NCBI GenBank assembly: GCA_040954595.2
Contig: CM082582.2
Span: 11,776,415 to 11,840,414, forward strand
Direction: 5' to 3'
DNA from: Balanoglossus misakiensis
Taxonomy: Eukaryota; Animalia; Hemichordata
DNA: 64,000 nucleotides
The notes under the pieces were generated by a model. The model had not been told where the DNA came from, searched no databases, and saw only the letters and a program-made list of their open reading frames with translations. The translations under genes and the position numbers were made by a program. The stretch's first letter is position 1; every line of letters begins with the position of its first letter. Shown piece by piece: positions 25,042-37,509 of the stretch.

Positions 25042-27928
25042 ATGCCGCTGGACACAGTGCTTTGCTTGGATACGTCAGGCTCGATGGCCAATAAGGGGAT
25101 GAAGGAACTGAAAAAGGCCTGCACTGAGTTCCTCCTCGGTATCCAACAGACTGCCACACAGACGGGGTTGAGAGAAAACGTCGCCGTGGTGGAATTCGGG
25201 CACAGAACGCGGATCGTGCGAAGTCTGTCCGACAACTACAGACTTACCAAGCAAGAGATTGGTCGGTACACCGTATTGTCGGTCAGACAATTTGATTTCA
25301 ATGCACATCAAACGACACTTTCCCCATGGAAAGGAAAATGAAGCAAAACTTGGAAATGAGCTCTTAATTAACATACTAGCAGTTATTTGCAAATTAGCTA
25401 TTACATTCATAGGAAATCTTAGGATAATCACATACCATCAGAAACCACGAAAAAAGTGCAGCGTAACAGAACAGTTCATGTCGGTTTTCATCCACAGATT
25501 CCCTGGTCGCCGGTGGTACAACTCCTATGTTCGAGGGTCTCATGGAAGCCATGAAAGAAGTGATCCAAAATGGTATGTATTTGATATGCCCGAGTCGCTC
25601 CTCGTCTATACCACTCTCGTGCCACGTGTCCACTGTTGGTCACATCTGCGTGTAGTCCAGGTGTATATGCAATCATGGAAACTGAAATTTCGCGTCGCAG
25701 TTATTTCACTGTCACCAAATATCTGCCGGTCATATTGCAGGAGGAGTTCTCACCATGGCAGGTGGACGAAAAATGACCCCAAGAATCATTCTCATGACGG
25801 ATGGACGACCAGACGTGAGATGCTTTTGATTTACTTTGCTTTGCTTTGCTTTATTCGGGATTTGACCACGTTGAGGTCATGATCGCCGTAATGCTTCCCC
25901 GTTATCAACCAGCGCGACAAACTGAAATGTCAGTAAACAAAATGGAGATTCGGTATACCGGTACAGACATACAATATGTAAATCTACCCAATGGGGACTA
26001 GGAATTGTGTTAAAGACGATGACACTTCATACTTGATGCAACTTTTGCAGGATAAAGACCAGGTACTGAAGGCTGCCATGTCGTTTGGACCACTGTGGCA
26101 AGTTGTGGGGCTGCCTCATCCAATCCCGATAGCGTGCGTCGGTTGTGGCCCGGATGTTGATAGAGTATGTGGTTGGTTCTTTGCGATATGCTTTTGGGGG
26201 TCTTTCAAATTGTGAACACGTGGTTTTAAGAAGACCACGAAGCCCCCATCTGACAGCGAGGGAGGCAATGAAACAGACAGACAGATGGGGACATGGATAG
26301 GGCACTGGACGGAAAGAGAAAGCGAGACAGTCTGAACATATCGTGAATACATGGCCAATCAAACACCAACACTTTATCACAAGGACAATGGGAAAACACA
26401 TACGGACATTCAGTCCACTACTCTCCATGTTTGCTTCGCAGGAACTCCTGGCAGCCATCGCCAAGGTTACCAACGGTATGTTCGTCACCGGTGACATCAG
26501 TCAGCTGGGAGACTTCTTCCGTAGGCAGGTGCTGCTGATTCGCTTTGCAGCCCAGTTCGCTCACGGTTAGCACGAAGTTTCTTTTTGACCTCCACATGCA
26601 CGACTACTGTCCCTTATTAAATGAAGAACGTTGACCAATCATGTCAAAGGGATTCCCCAATTGGCCTCGCTTTAAATTGAAGACACGGTCGGGAGTTACC
26701 ATGTTTGAGACAATCGTTGGAAGCATTCATAATCGAGGTTTTTGTTTTGTAGACATGGACAAGCTGAGGTCTTTAATTGCCCTGCGTACCTTTCTGGCTT
26801 CGATGGGCGAAAGCGTCGATGATGAGGACGAACTGGTATTTACTACATTTTATTTTAAAATGATAACAGTAATATTGAAAAACGCCCACTTCCCATTTCA
26901 TGACAAAATCTGTGAAGCAAATCGATCGAAATATTAATATTTCATCGTCCATACACAAAAGTAATTGCTACTCGAATTTTGACGTTTCAGAGGGGGTTAT
27001 TGGCCTTATTGTTGACAATGATGATGGTGTCTGGCGAAGACGATGATGACTTAGTAAGTATAGTATATGCAACTTGTCATTGCCTCTTAAAATACAGGAC
27101 GAGAAGGTCGAAAATGTGAATATTGTATAGGCAGATCAAAGTGCATTGATGTTTTGGCTGTTTTTGTTCCCATATGGAGTAATTATTGACTCTATTTTGT
27201 AGGAACTTGACGGCTACCCACCACTCGGAAGCAGGGTACGTCGCGGCAGAGATTGGAAATGGGGAAATCAAGACAGCAACGGAGTTGGAACCGTCGTCAA
27301 ACACGAAAGGGGAGGTAAAACTCTATGAGACATGTAACATGTGTAATCTGGTTCCATGACAGTCTGCATTTGTGCTGACGGAAAGTATAGGCCATTCTAT
27401 CCATGGCTGTCATTGGCCAAACTATCAAGCACTCTGATTGGTGTATACATGTATATCGAACAGCGCAGCAAGCGGCAGAATTGGGGACATGTTTCTTCCC
27501 TTTGCATGAAACTACTCGTATGAAAATACATAAACGTGTAGCAAGGAAGCTCACACCACCTCAGTTTTCACTTGACTTCAATCCAGTTTTGGCGTTTTCA
27601 TTTTTTCTGCTGTGCAAAGTGTAGACATTTGTTGGTATTTTACCACAAATCTACAGGTACGGTACAGGTCGAGTGGGATAATGGACAGAGGAATACTTAT
27701 CGCCATGGAGCAGAGAATGCTAGAGACTTAAGGGTCAGTAATTTTGAATATAATGTAGAAATGAGAGACAGTTTAGTTTTGATAGACAGCGAGGGGGTTA
27801 TCAGAACGGCGGTGGCCATTCTCAATGCTCATTTTCTTCGTTTTTACATGAACAGGTTGTTGATGAAACCAGAAAAATTAGACCGGGACAACAAATGAAA
27901 GTGGGAGTACGAGTGATAAGAGGTAATC

Positions 27929-27960
<32 letters not shown>

Positions 27961-28827
27961 CATCATCTGTCTCTGTCTCTCCCATAGTACACCCAATTAC
28001 AAACCGACCCGGCCATATTTTATGTATATGTAAGTGTAGTTGTGTACACATGTGTGTGTGCATGCGTGCGTGTTTTACGTGCATGCGTGTCAATTCAAAA
28101 TTAATATATTTATGTTGTGCTGTGTAGGTTCGGGCTGGCAGTCACGGTGGGGGAACCAAGATGGCGGACCCGGAAATGTTGGGCTTGTTTACAAAGTGGA
28201 CGCGGATGAGAGTTTCAACACGCATGTAAGTATAAAGTCACTACTTTGATGCTTTTTTCTGTACGTCACTAAATCAGTTATTTAATCATCCGTTCTTTGG
28301 TTTGTCCGACGGTTTTTTTTCGATGGTGCAGACAGTCAGTCGGTCGGCCAGCCAGTCAGTTTGAAAACACAATTTTTCGAATTCTGTTTCAATAGGTCCG
28401 CTGGCCAAATGGTAGAAAGAATTGCTATCGTTATGGGAGAGGTCACAACGATATAAAAGCACTCGACATATCTGGTGAGTAAAGAACTCAGATTGAGGCC
28501 TTGCACTGCACCAGCCAGTGCATGCGCAGTAGTTGTGTTGAAACTATCGTGTCTTGATCTCTTTTTGTAACATTTGGGGGATATATCATTTAAAACACAG
28601 ACGTCTCACAATCCATATCAACTCTCGTTCCTTCACGTGTTACAGACGATGACGGTGGCGTAGACGACCGACTGGTGAGAGGTATGGCGGCGTTGGCACT
28701 ACTTTCGGCATTGAGTGACGACACCGACGACAATCAGGCCAGTGGTGGCGCTGTAGTCCGGGTACCTGCAAGACGCGAGCCGCCGCCAGATACCAGCAGT
28801 AAGGACGGGTCCTGTATCGTCATGTGA
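25042..28827 (+). CDS. Uncharacterised VWA domain + two MIB/HERC2 domains + C-terminal CaaX protein, 13 coding exons
   Basis: Exons 25042-25261, 25498-25572, 25741-25814, 26051-26164, 26442-26565, 26753-26835, 26991-27053, 27203-27314, 27657-27733, 27856-27922, 28128-28225, 28396-28474, 28646-28827, in frame. VWA MIDAS: LCLDTSGSM, GGTTPM, IILMTDG. MIB/HERC2 #1: GSRVRRGRDWKWGNQD..VQVEWDNGQRNTYRHG. #2: GVRVIRGSGWQSRWGNQDGGPGNVG..VRWPNGRKNCYRYG. Ends SKDGSCIVM-stop. Confidence 0.87.
27926..27966. repeat. Imperfect (ATC)n microsatellite in an intron of the VWA-MIB/HERC2 gene
   Basis: Visible catcatcat run immediately after the exon 10 donor. Confidence 0.9.
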
Positions 28828-30502
28828 ACAACAAACGGAGAGACTGCAACTAACTATCAATGGCACTGTCCATGGCATTGGAAAGCAATGTACATCATCT
28901 ATGTCTACTTACTTTTAACATTTATGTTACTCGCAGTATTTAGCCATTTAGACATTTACATCAAATACATGTAGTTCAGTCAAGACGTGCGTCCTTCTGA
29001 AACCACACAATTTACAAACATGACGTACAACAGAAGACAAATATACTCCATTAACAAGAAGGCCTAGACCGTCTGTGATGACGGCAAAGGGACTATAATG
29101 ACAGATGCAATCAAATGGTTCTTATGGCGAATAGAATTAATGATGGCGCTTGCCAGAGTTTTCCGTGTATCTGACTTGTTTGAGTTTTGTTAACAAATGC
29201 ACAAACCCAAGGGTGTGCGTCCGTACCTATATTATCAAACAGGTGTTTAGGAGTAAATTCCGATAGTTTAGAAGTTGCTGGAAAATCTGCATATTTCAGT
29301 AATCTCCATGGTAACAGTACTGATTTCATGTGTTAACTTCTTTTTTGAGGTCATGGGACATATGATTCATAACTTTATCGACATTGGATTGGAACCATTT
29401 TAATAAATATTTTGGAAAACATTATAGTACATGTTTCTATGATCGACAGTTCTGCTTTTTTCCCCTCACTATTGTCCTTTTGTGGTTCTTTGTATTTTGT
29501 GCGCTGAGCTCTTTTTATACATTCTTTTGTACATGCATTCTATTTTACTTATACTTGTAATAAATCGTTAAAAATTCACGCCGAAAAATTTACATCCCTT
29601 TATATTAAAGGTGCTCCCCACCCACCCCTTTCAGTCTATATATAGGTTTACCTATACCACTGACAGCAAAATATAAGAGGTGAAACGGTTTGTAAAGCCA
29701 CGATTCACGGCCAACAGTGATGTCAGCGAGCACTTTCATTGTTGGGCATCAGTTACGTCATGGCGACTGGCACGCTGTATTGTCAGAATGAGAAAGAAAG
29801 AGACATGCATATAGCGTTGCGTAAGGCGAGGTTGAATATTCTTTAGAATTATGGATCACAAGCCTTGTATACGAGGACATGATATATCCCATTTTGTCTA
29901 TTTCAAGAGGCCGACGACACACTAAATTGGAAACACGTCTACCCGAGAAGAAGACCGGAGCACCACTACACTGACAGGTATAACACAATTTCACCCTCGC
30001 ACTGTGCAGTCCTGTGTTGTATTGTGACTAGATCTTTGTGCAGTTAATCAACGAGAGCTGGGTGGAAAATACTGTGTCGACAGTCGACTCGATCGTCTGT
30101 TATTTATTTGAGTGCTGTCGTTTTCGACTAGAGGCGTCGACGCGAGAGTCTCTTTACAATATGCGCATTTGCCATGTTGGAAACACTGGTCTTTTTAGGT
30201 CAGCACAATCCCATTATAATAGAGGGACTGTGCCAATTCTTACGTCACTTAGCCTTCCACATCTGGCCAACAAGTACCACAAGCTAAAATACATGTACAT
30301 GTATATGTCGGCTGTTTCCATTTCAATACAATGAACTTCCAGTCGCGAGCGTAATGCACTGCGTTCACGACTGCGGTTCTAATATTAGTATCAACATTAT
30401 ACAGTGTAGGGTTAATCCGCTCAACCGTGCGGTTGTTGGTCGAACACCTTTCAATGTCCCATTCATTCTTCATCTTCAGGTATACTCTTTGCGAACGCAT
30501 AA

Positions 30503-32136
30503 ATGGCAGATACAAAATGGAACGCCCGATTGGCCAAGTTTCTCCTCTGCGTCTTCGGGATCTCCGCCTGGGTAAATACCACTGGAGTGTTCATCGAATT
30601 GCCGCTCATGATCAGTGTTTTACCCGAGGGGTGGAGACTCCCGTCTGTTATCATACTAGTCAGTCAAATCGCTAACATCTCTGCCGTGGCTTTCCTGCTC
30701 TTCACACGCTACAGTAAAAAGAGGATTGAAGTTCCTGTGAACTACACGATTTTGGTGGTGGGGATTGTGTCGCTGGGTCTGATGGCTTGTTTCTGGGATC
30801 GCACTATTGTCATTGGAGGGGGGCACCACAGTTTGTCCCTTCTACTGCTGGCGGTGTTCCTCTCTTTGGTTGACTGCACTTCATCCGTGTCCTACCTGGC
30901 TTTCCTGTCGTATTACCCAGAGACGTATCTGGCGCCCTACTTCGTAGGCGAGGGCCTGAGCGCCGTCATCCCCAGCGTCACGGCACTCATCCAAGGTGTC
31001 GGCGGCGATTCTCAGTGCTCCAACGCGACCAATGTAAATGTTTCTTACAACGAGCCTGGACAGACGCTGACAGACGGAACTGGCATTTCCATGTACGCCG
31101 AAGGAAGTAGAAAATCGCCTCTATTTTCAGTGGAAACCTTCTTTGTTATACTCTCCGTCGTCATGGCTTTCAGTCTTGTTGCGTTCATACTTTTGAACAC
31201 ATTACCTCGGCTCCTGAAACTACGCGTTGCACGTCATCAGGAAGACGACCAGTCAAAGAAAGCAAGCAGTCCAGATCGTCAGGGTCTCTTAAACGACCAG
31301 GTGGACGAAGGTAACATCGGCAATGAACCAGGCATGGATACGACCACCCAACTTCACAATATACAAGATGGTGACGTCAGTGTCAGCATCGAGAAAGGCG
31401 AGGAAAAAAGCACCCTGATCTATTGGTGTTTTCTGCAATTTTGGTGTTCTATGTTCCTGTATGGGATAGTATCTTCGGTGGTGATATATGCGGCACTGCC
31501 GTACGGAGTGACCGTGTATCACCTGTCCCTAACCTTGCCACAGCTATCAAATCCCCTCATGTGCGTCGTCGCCCACTACTTGCCAACGACCAGGAAATCC
31601 GTCACGAGCGCCATGGTCTTCGTCGGCACGGCCGGGGCAGCCTACATCATATGGCTGGGTTTGTGCAGTCCGAAACCCGCCCTCTGCGGAAGCGTTTGGG
31701 GAGGAATTGTAGAGGTAAGTTGACCCGATGCAAGGCAACCAACCTTAAATGTTTAGAGCTAACATGAACTGGATAATATTTCAACATATAAAGAAATAAG
31801 ATTAACTACTTACCACGCTGAATCACGTGAGTGTATCCTCAATTTTCAAAGTATCCCGACGACATTTCATGCATTCCTAAAAATAACTGAGGCCTCCCGT
31901 CTCTCCCTCTTCTTTTATTCCAGGTGGGGGTAGTCGTAACAGTAATATGCCAGTTCAGCTACGTCAGAGTCATGGCTGCCCTCCGTTCCCACCAGATTGG
32001 ACGGAACTTTCTGGTCGTCAGTAGCTTCATGATGCAATGCGGCAGTCTTGTGGGAACCGCCATCATCTTTCCGCTCATCAACTACACCAGTATCTTCGTT
32101 CCGAGTGACCCGTGCTCACACGCTTGTTATGGCTGA
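30503..32136 (+). CDS. SLC52 riboflavin transporter family, paralogue 1 (divergent)
   Basis: Exons 30503-31714 and 31924-32136. ELPLMISVLPEGWRLPS, VDCTSSVSYL, GEGLSAVIPS, LIQGVGG, ALPYG, QCGSLVG..IFPLIN are SLC52 signatures. Confidence 0.9.
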
Positions 32137-32741
32137 ACCTCAGGCGACGTGACGCACACGGCCCTGCCCATCATGCCTTTATACATGGCTGAATGGGGAG
32201 AATATCAAACTAGATTTCCGACCACTTCTCAACTGAGCCGCACCACAATTCTGCACCGGAAATTAGCGTCGTTTGCACGGGCAGGGTCAAGACGAGACTA
32301 TGCAAATTCTTGACAGGTGTATCGTGAACTCATTTACATTTTATTGACATAACGGATTGAAGGTGTTGAAAATCACATTTTACAATCATGTATTTTTAAA
32401 GTCCGTGCCGTATACGATTTTGCTTGGTTTATGCGGATATCCCGAAAACTTCAAAACAAGCCACTTGGCATCATACAACTTCTGGATAATAATTTAGACA
32501 GAATATGTATACAATGAATCTCATTTATATTATTTACATAGACAACTTGATCACATGCACCAGTAAATAAAGGTCGTCAAATTTGTGATGAACATGGATC
32601 TAGTAAATATGGGGAATCAACTTTTAATTGAATATGCCATTTCATATTTTTGATTCACGATACAACACGGAGATAAGGTAGTGGTTTGTGTTGATAAATC
32701 TGCACAATAACGACACGATTTCTGTTCTGCATTCGATGTAG

Positions 32742-34333
32742 TTAGTCGTAGCAGGTGTCATCGCAAGGGTTGTTGGACGTGAACAGGTACAGGGTGTTCA
32801 GCAGCGGGAAAATGATCACCGAGCCGATGAGAGAACCAAGCTGGGCACAAAAACCGTACCATATCAGTGCCCTGCGTCCTTGCTTGCGGCACAGAAAGCA
32901 GGTCACCACTTCGACGTACGTGATAAAGGCCCCAAATAGAATCCACGAAACGACCTGTACAGATATAAGTCAAGGTGTATTGTCGTTATTATCAAAACTG
33001 TACGAGACATAGCAACAATCGCTAGGTTTGTGGTAAACTGTAAAAACATGTCTTTCTCCTTTGGATATCTAGAATTGGCTGGTAATGTTTAATTTGGTTT
33101 CTTTAGCTTTCTATTTAGAACAAAACACTGAACAAGACTTACCACGAGTATTTCTCCCCATTTGCTGCCACATAATATCGGTGTTGGACTCAGTAATGCC
33201 AGAAAGAATATGTAGGCTGCACTCAGGGTTCCACAAATAGCATAAAATCCAATTATTGTCAGCTTTTTAGTTGGTAGGTAATGGGCAACGAAACAGGTTA
33301 GTGGCTTGACCAACTGTGACAGTGTAATGCAGAGGTGGTAGGCTACGTTACCATAGGGCAAAGCAGAGTAGGACTGTATTGAGGGCAGAACTGCATTCTT
33401 GAGACCACTTAACCATCCAAGGATTATCATCAAGAACAACCAACCGCAAGTCGACAGTTTTTCTGCACTCTTGTTGTCCATCTTAACTTTCTTGTCTTTC
33501 TCCTCATTCTGCGCATGATCACTGCCGTCATCTCCATCAACCTGTGCACTACTCTTGAAGATATGGAACTCAATGGAAACATCACTGGTGGACCTCATGT
33601 CAGACTTGAGAGGGCGTTTCACCTTATGCTTAGTTGCAGACGGTAGGTTGTTGAGCATGACAAATGCTGCTAGACTGCACAGAAGCAAGGTGAATAACAA
33701 AACTAGAAACCCTTGGACCGGGAATCTACCAGGAGGATAGTAGTCTGAAAGATGGTAAAGAGTAGTATTCATGGTGTCATTCACAAAAGACATCGAAGTA
33801 TTCAGACATTTAGCATTGCCACCAGACCCTTGGATGAGACCAACAAGACTTGGGATTAGACCGGTCAGTTCTTCGCCAATGAGGTAAGCTGTCATGTACC
33901 CAGGAGGATACAGAGACATGAAAGCTAAGAACGAAACAGATGATGTACAGTCGACCAATGCCAGAAAGAGAGCCAGTGTTAGTAAAGCCGTGCTACGTTC
34001 CATGCCCCCAACGACAGTCGTACGATCCCACAAGAATGCAAGAAGCAGACAAGATGCAGCGCCCACAGAAATTATTAAATAGTTTGTAGGAATCTCAATT
34101 CGACGCTTTGTGAATTTACTGATGATGGTGAACGCTAGAGGACCGATGTTTGAAATTTGAGTGATAATCACCAGGTACGACGGGAGATTCCAACGTTCAG
34201 GTAATCGATGCACCATCAGGGGTAGCTCTACCCACAATCCATTGATGTCAATCCACGAGGCCAAGCCCAGACAGCAAACCAGTAACTGAACAGTAAACGA
34301 TAGAGTGTGTCCTGTCGATTCTTGCGTGTCCAT
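32742..34333 (-). CDS. SLC52 riboflavin transporter family, paralogue 2
   Basis: Exons 34333-33143 and 32954-32742. SWIDINGLWVELP, WNLPSYL, VDCTSSVSFL, LPSIQSYSALPYG, AQLGSLIG; same intron position as the other copies. Confidence 0.92.
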
Positions 34334-35957
34334 TTTGACAACGATGTCTTTCTGGAATAAAGTTGACACAAATTCAAAGTTGATAATGCATGGGATCGAA
34401 GCAAGAGTGAGGACCATTTACACGTTGTCGGTTCCTGGTTACTGCGGCCGTCTCATGTTGCAGTGATGAAACACCGTTTGCGAACAGTGACTGGGGAAGC
34501 CTGTGAAGCCTTTGTTGACGGTGTATTATAACAATGCGCAGATACACCTGGAACCATTTTCCGCAAGAAATATTTACATATTCTTAACGCCACACCAGGA
34601 CCATTTACACCATATTGCCTTGCAGTTGACCCTGTCCTCTTACGTTCTTTCAGACTTCACGCAGAAACGCGAAATACTAATTTCGGTTTATTAATAAAAT
34701 AGCTTTGTTGATATAATTTGTTGTTATGTTCGCACGTGTTTGGTTTTTCAAAAAGAAGATGACAATATAACACGAGTGATATCACGCATGGTGTAATTTT
34801 AAACGTTTCTTACCTAGGGTCTCGGCATAGGAATTTAAAGGAGTGACTTAAAATTAAAAAATCTAACGTTCTTGTTGTGTAAAATATTCGTGAGGTTAAC
34901 CTTAGCAAGAGAAAAACAACTTCTGCCGAGTGTTGATGCGTTCAGATCTGAATTGGTAGTATGTGTGCATGGCCGTGCATGGTGGTCGATATTAAACTGT
35001 TTATTTGGCTGTTTTACGGTTGTGTACAGTTTGCAGTGCTTACAGACAGTAGAATACTTTGCCAAGAGTGTCAAAACAATGCAGTTTTAATATAACATGG
35101 ATAAGTGATCATTGAAATGAGGACTTTGGGTGTTATTACGTACCGTGTCTATGGCCTTGGGGTTCGTCGTCTTCTCAGGTAGAAATGGAATAAACCCAAC
35201 GTGTTTCCACCTGGAGCTAGCTGGGCTGTCCGTTCTCAATGTTGCCCCCGACAGAGCTCAATTTCAGCTGAAACTTTAACATTTTGAGACCATATGTATA
35301 CCCGATAAAAATAGGAATGCTCATACCAACCACTTATACAATCGAACCAATTCTAATCAATTGGAAGCTATTTTTACACTTTAACAAATTTAGGCCTATG
35401 TACCTTTCACGAAAACTAATTAATAATTTTTAAAAAAAGAGAGCACTGCACAAAAGCTCTAGCTGGTTCGTGTAGGATAGGAAACACAGCCACACCCAGT
35501 ACACGTGACAATATGATAATGCAACCAATGCGACGACCAATTAAAATATTAGGTCCAACACCTGCAACTGTTGGATGTATTGCTTATATTATGTAATTGG
35601 CGAATTCTACAATAATGACTGCAGACACACGGATCATGTTGATAAGCTAAATACAAGGAGTTTCACGTTGTTTTAGTGGTTTGAACAAGAAAATGTAACA
35701 AAGAAGACCATGTCCTGCACAAAGATCCACTGTCAATAACAATATTCCAAATTAGAATGTATGAAAAATATCTTACAAATTCACCAGAAACAGAGGATAA
35801 ATTAAAGGATTATTTGTACATGTATCTTGTGGAAACGCATTAAATATCATAAAAGCTATATCATTAGTTGCTTCAAATGTTTAGTTTACTAATGTCCCAA
35901 CTGGCATATACAGCAGTGACGTTTTCCGTTCTGCGTTCCAGGTTGCTGTTAGCATGG

Positions 35958-37509
35958 TTAGTCGTAGCAGGTGTCATCGCAAGGGTTGTTGGACGTGAAC
36001 AGGTACAAGGTGTTCAGCAGAGGGAAAATGATCACCGAGCCGATGAGAGAACCAAGCTGGGCACAACAACCGTACCATATCAGTGCCCTGCGTCCTTGCT
36101 TGCGGCACAGAAAGCAGATCACAACTTCGGCGTAGGTGACGAAGGCCCCGAATAGAATCCACGCGATAACCTGCAGAGATATACGTTTGTATGTGTTACA
36201 GACTATACTTTGTGTTATCATAGACAGAAAGACAGACAGACAAATAGACAGACAGACGGGCAGTCAGGCAGAAAACACAGAACATACTTACCACCAGAAC
36301 CTCTCCCCATTTACTGCCGCATAACAGAGGCGTCGGACTCAGCAAAGCCAGATAAAATATGTAAGCTGCACTCAAGGTTCCACAGAGACCATGAAATCCA
36401 ATTAGAACCAACTTTTTAGTCGGGATGTAGTAAGCGACAAAGCAGATCAACGGCTTCACCAACTGTGACAATGTAATGCAGAGATGGTAGGCGACGTTAC
36501 CATAGGGCAAGGCAGAGTAGGACTGAACTGAGGGCAGAACTCCATTCTTGAGACCACTCAGCCATCCGAGGATGACCATCAGGTACACCAATTTTATAAT
36601 GGGCAGTTTCTCGGCTTCACGATTCACGCCTTCTTCTTTCTTGTCTCCCTCTTCGCCCGGCAACGCTTTCTGTGAATTATCTCCGGGGAACACTTCGTCA
36701 TCCAAGTCGACCTGTACCCCTTTGTTGAAATACCCCTCTTTCGAGATGTAGACATCTCCTTTGGACTGCGTGTCGGACAAGAGAGGGCGTTTCACCTGGT
36801 GCTTCGTTGCAGCGTGCAGGTTGTTCAGCATGAAAAATGCAGCCAGACTACACATAAGCATGGCGAATAAGAACAGAAAGAAACCTTGTACAGAGAACCT
36901 TGCAGGAGGATAGTAGTAAGTAAGTTGATATTGAGTGATGTTTAGTGTTTCATTAACAAAGGGTACCGAAATATTGCGACACTCCGCATTGCCACCGACT
37001 CCTTGGACTAGTGCAACAAGACTTGGGATTAGACCGGTCAGCTCTTCGCCAATGAGATAAGCTGTTATATACCCAGCAGGGTACAAAGACATGAACGCCA
37101 AAAACGAAACAGAGGACGTGCAGTCAACAAAAGCCAGAAAGAGAGCCAGGGTAAGTAAAGCCGTGCTGTGCTCAGCGCCCCCAACGACAGTCGTACGATC
37201 CCAAAAGAATGCAAGAAGCAGGCAAGACGCAGCACCCACAGAAATTATTATATAGTTTGTAGGAATCTCAATTCGACGCTTTGTGAGTTTACTGATGATG
37301 GTGAACGCTAGAGGACCGATGTTTGCGACTTGAATGAAAATCACCAGGTACGACGGGAGGTTCCAACTTTCTGGTAGACGATACACCATCAGGGGTAGCT
37401 CTACCCACAATCCATTGATGTCAATCCATGATGCCAAGCCCAGACAACAAACTAGAAACTGTACAGTGAATGAAAGATTTTGTAGTCCCCCTGATGTTTG
37501 CTTCGCCAT
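35958..37509 (-). CDS. SLC52 riboflavin transporter family, paralogue 3
   Basis: Exons 37509-36292 and 36170-35958. Same signatures; closely similar to paralogue 2 at the nucleotide level. Confidence 0.92.
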
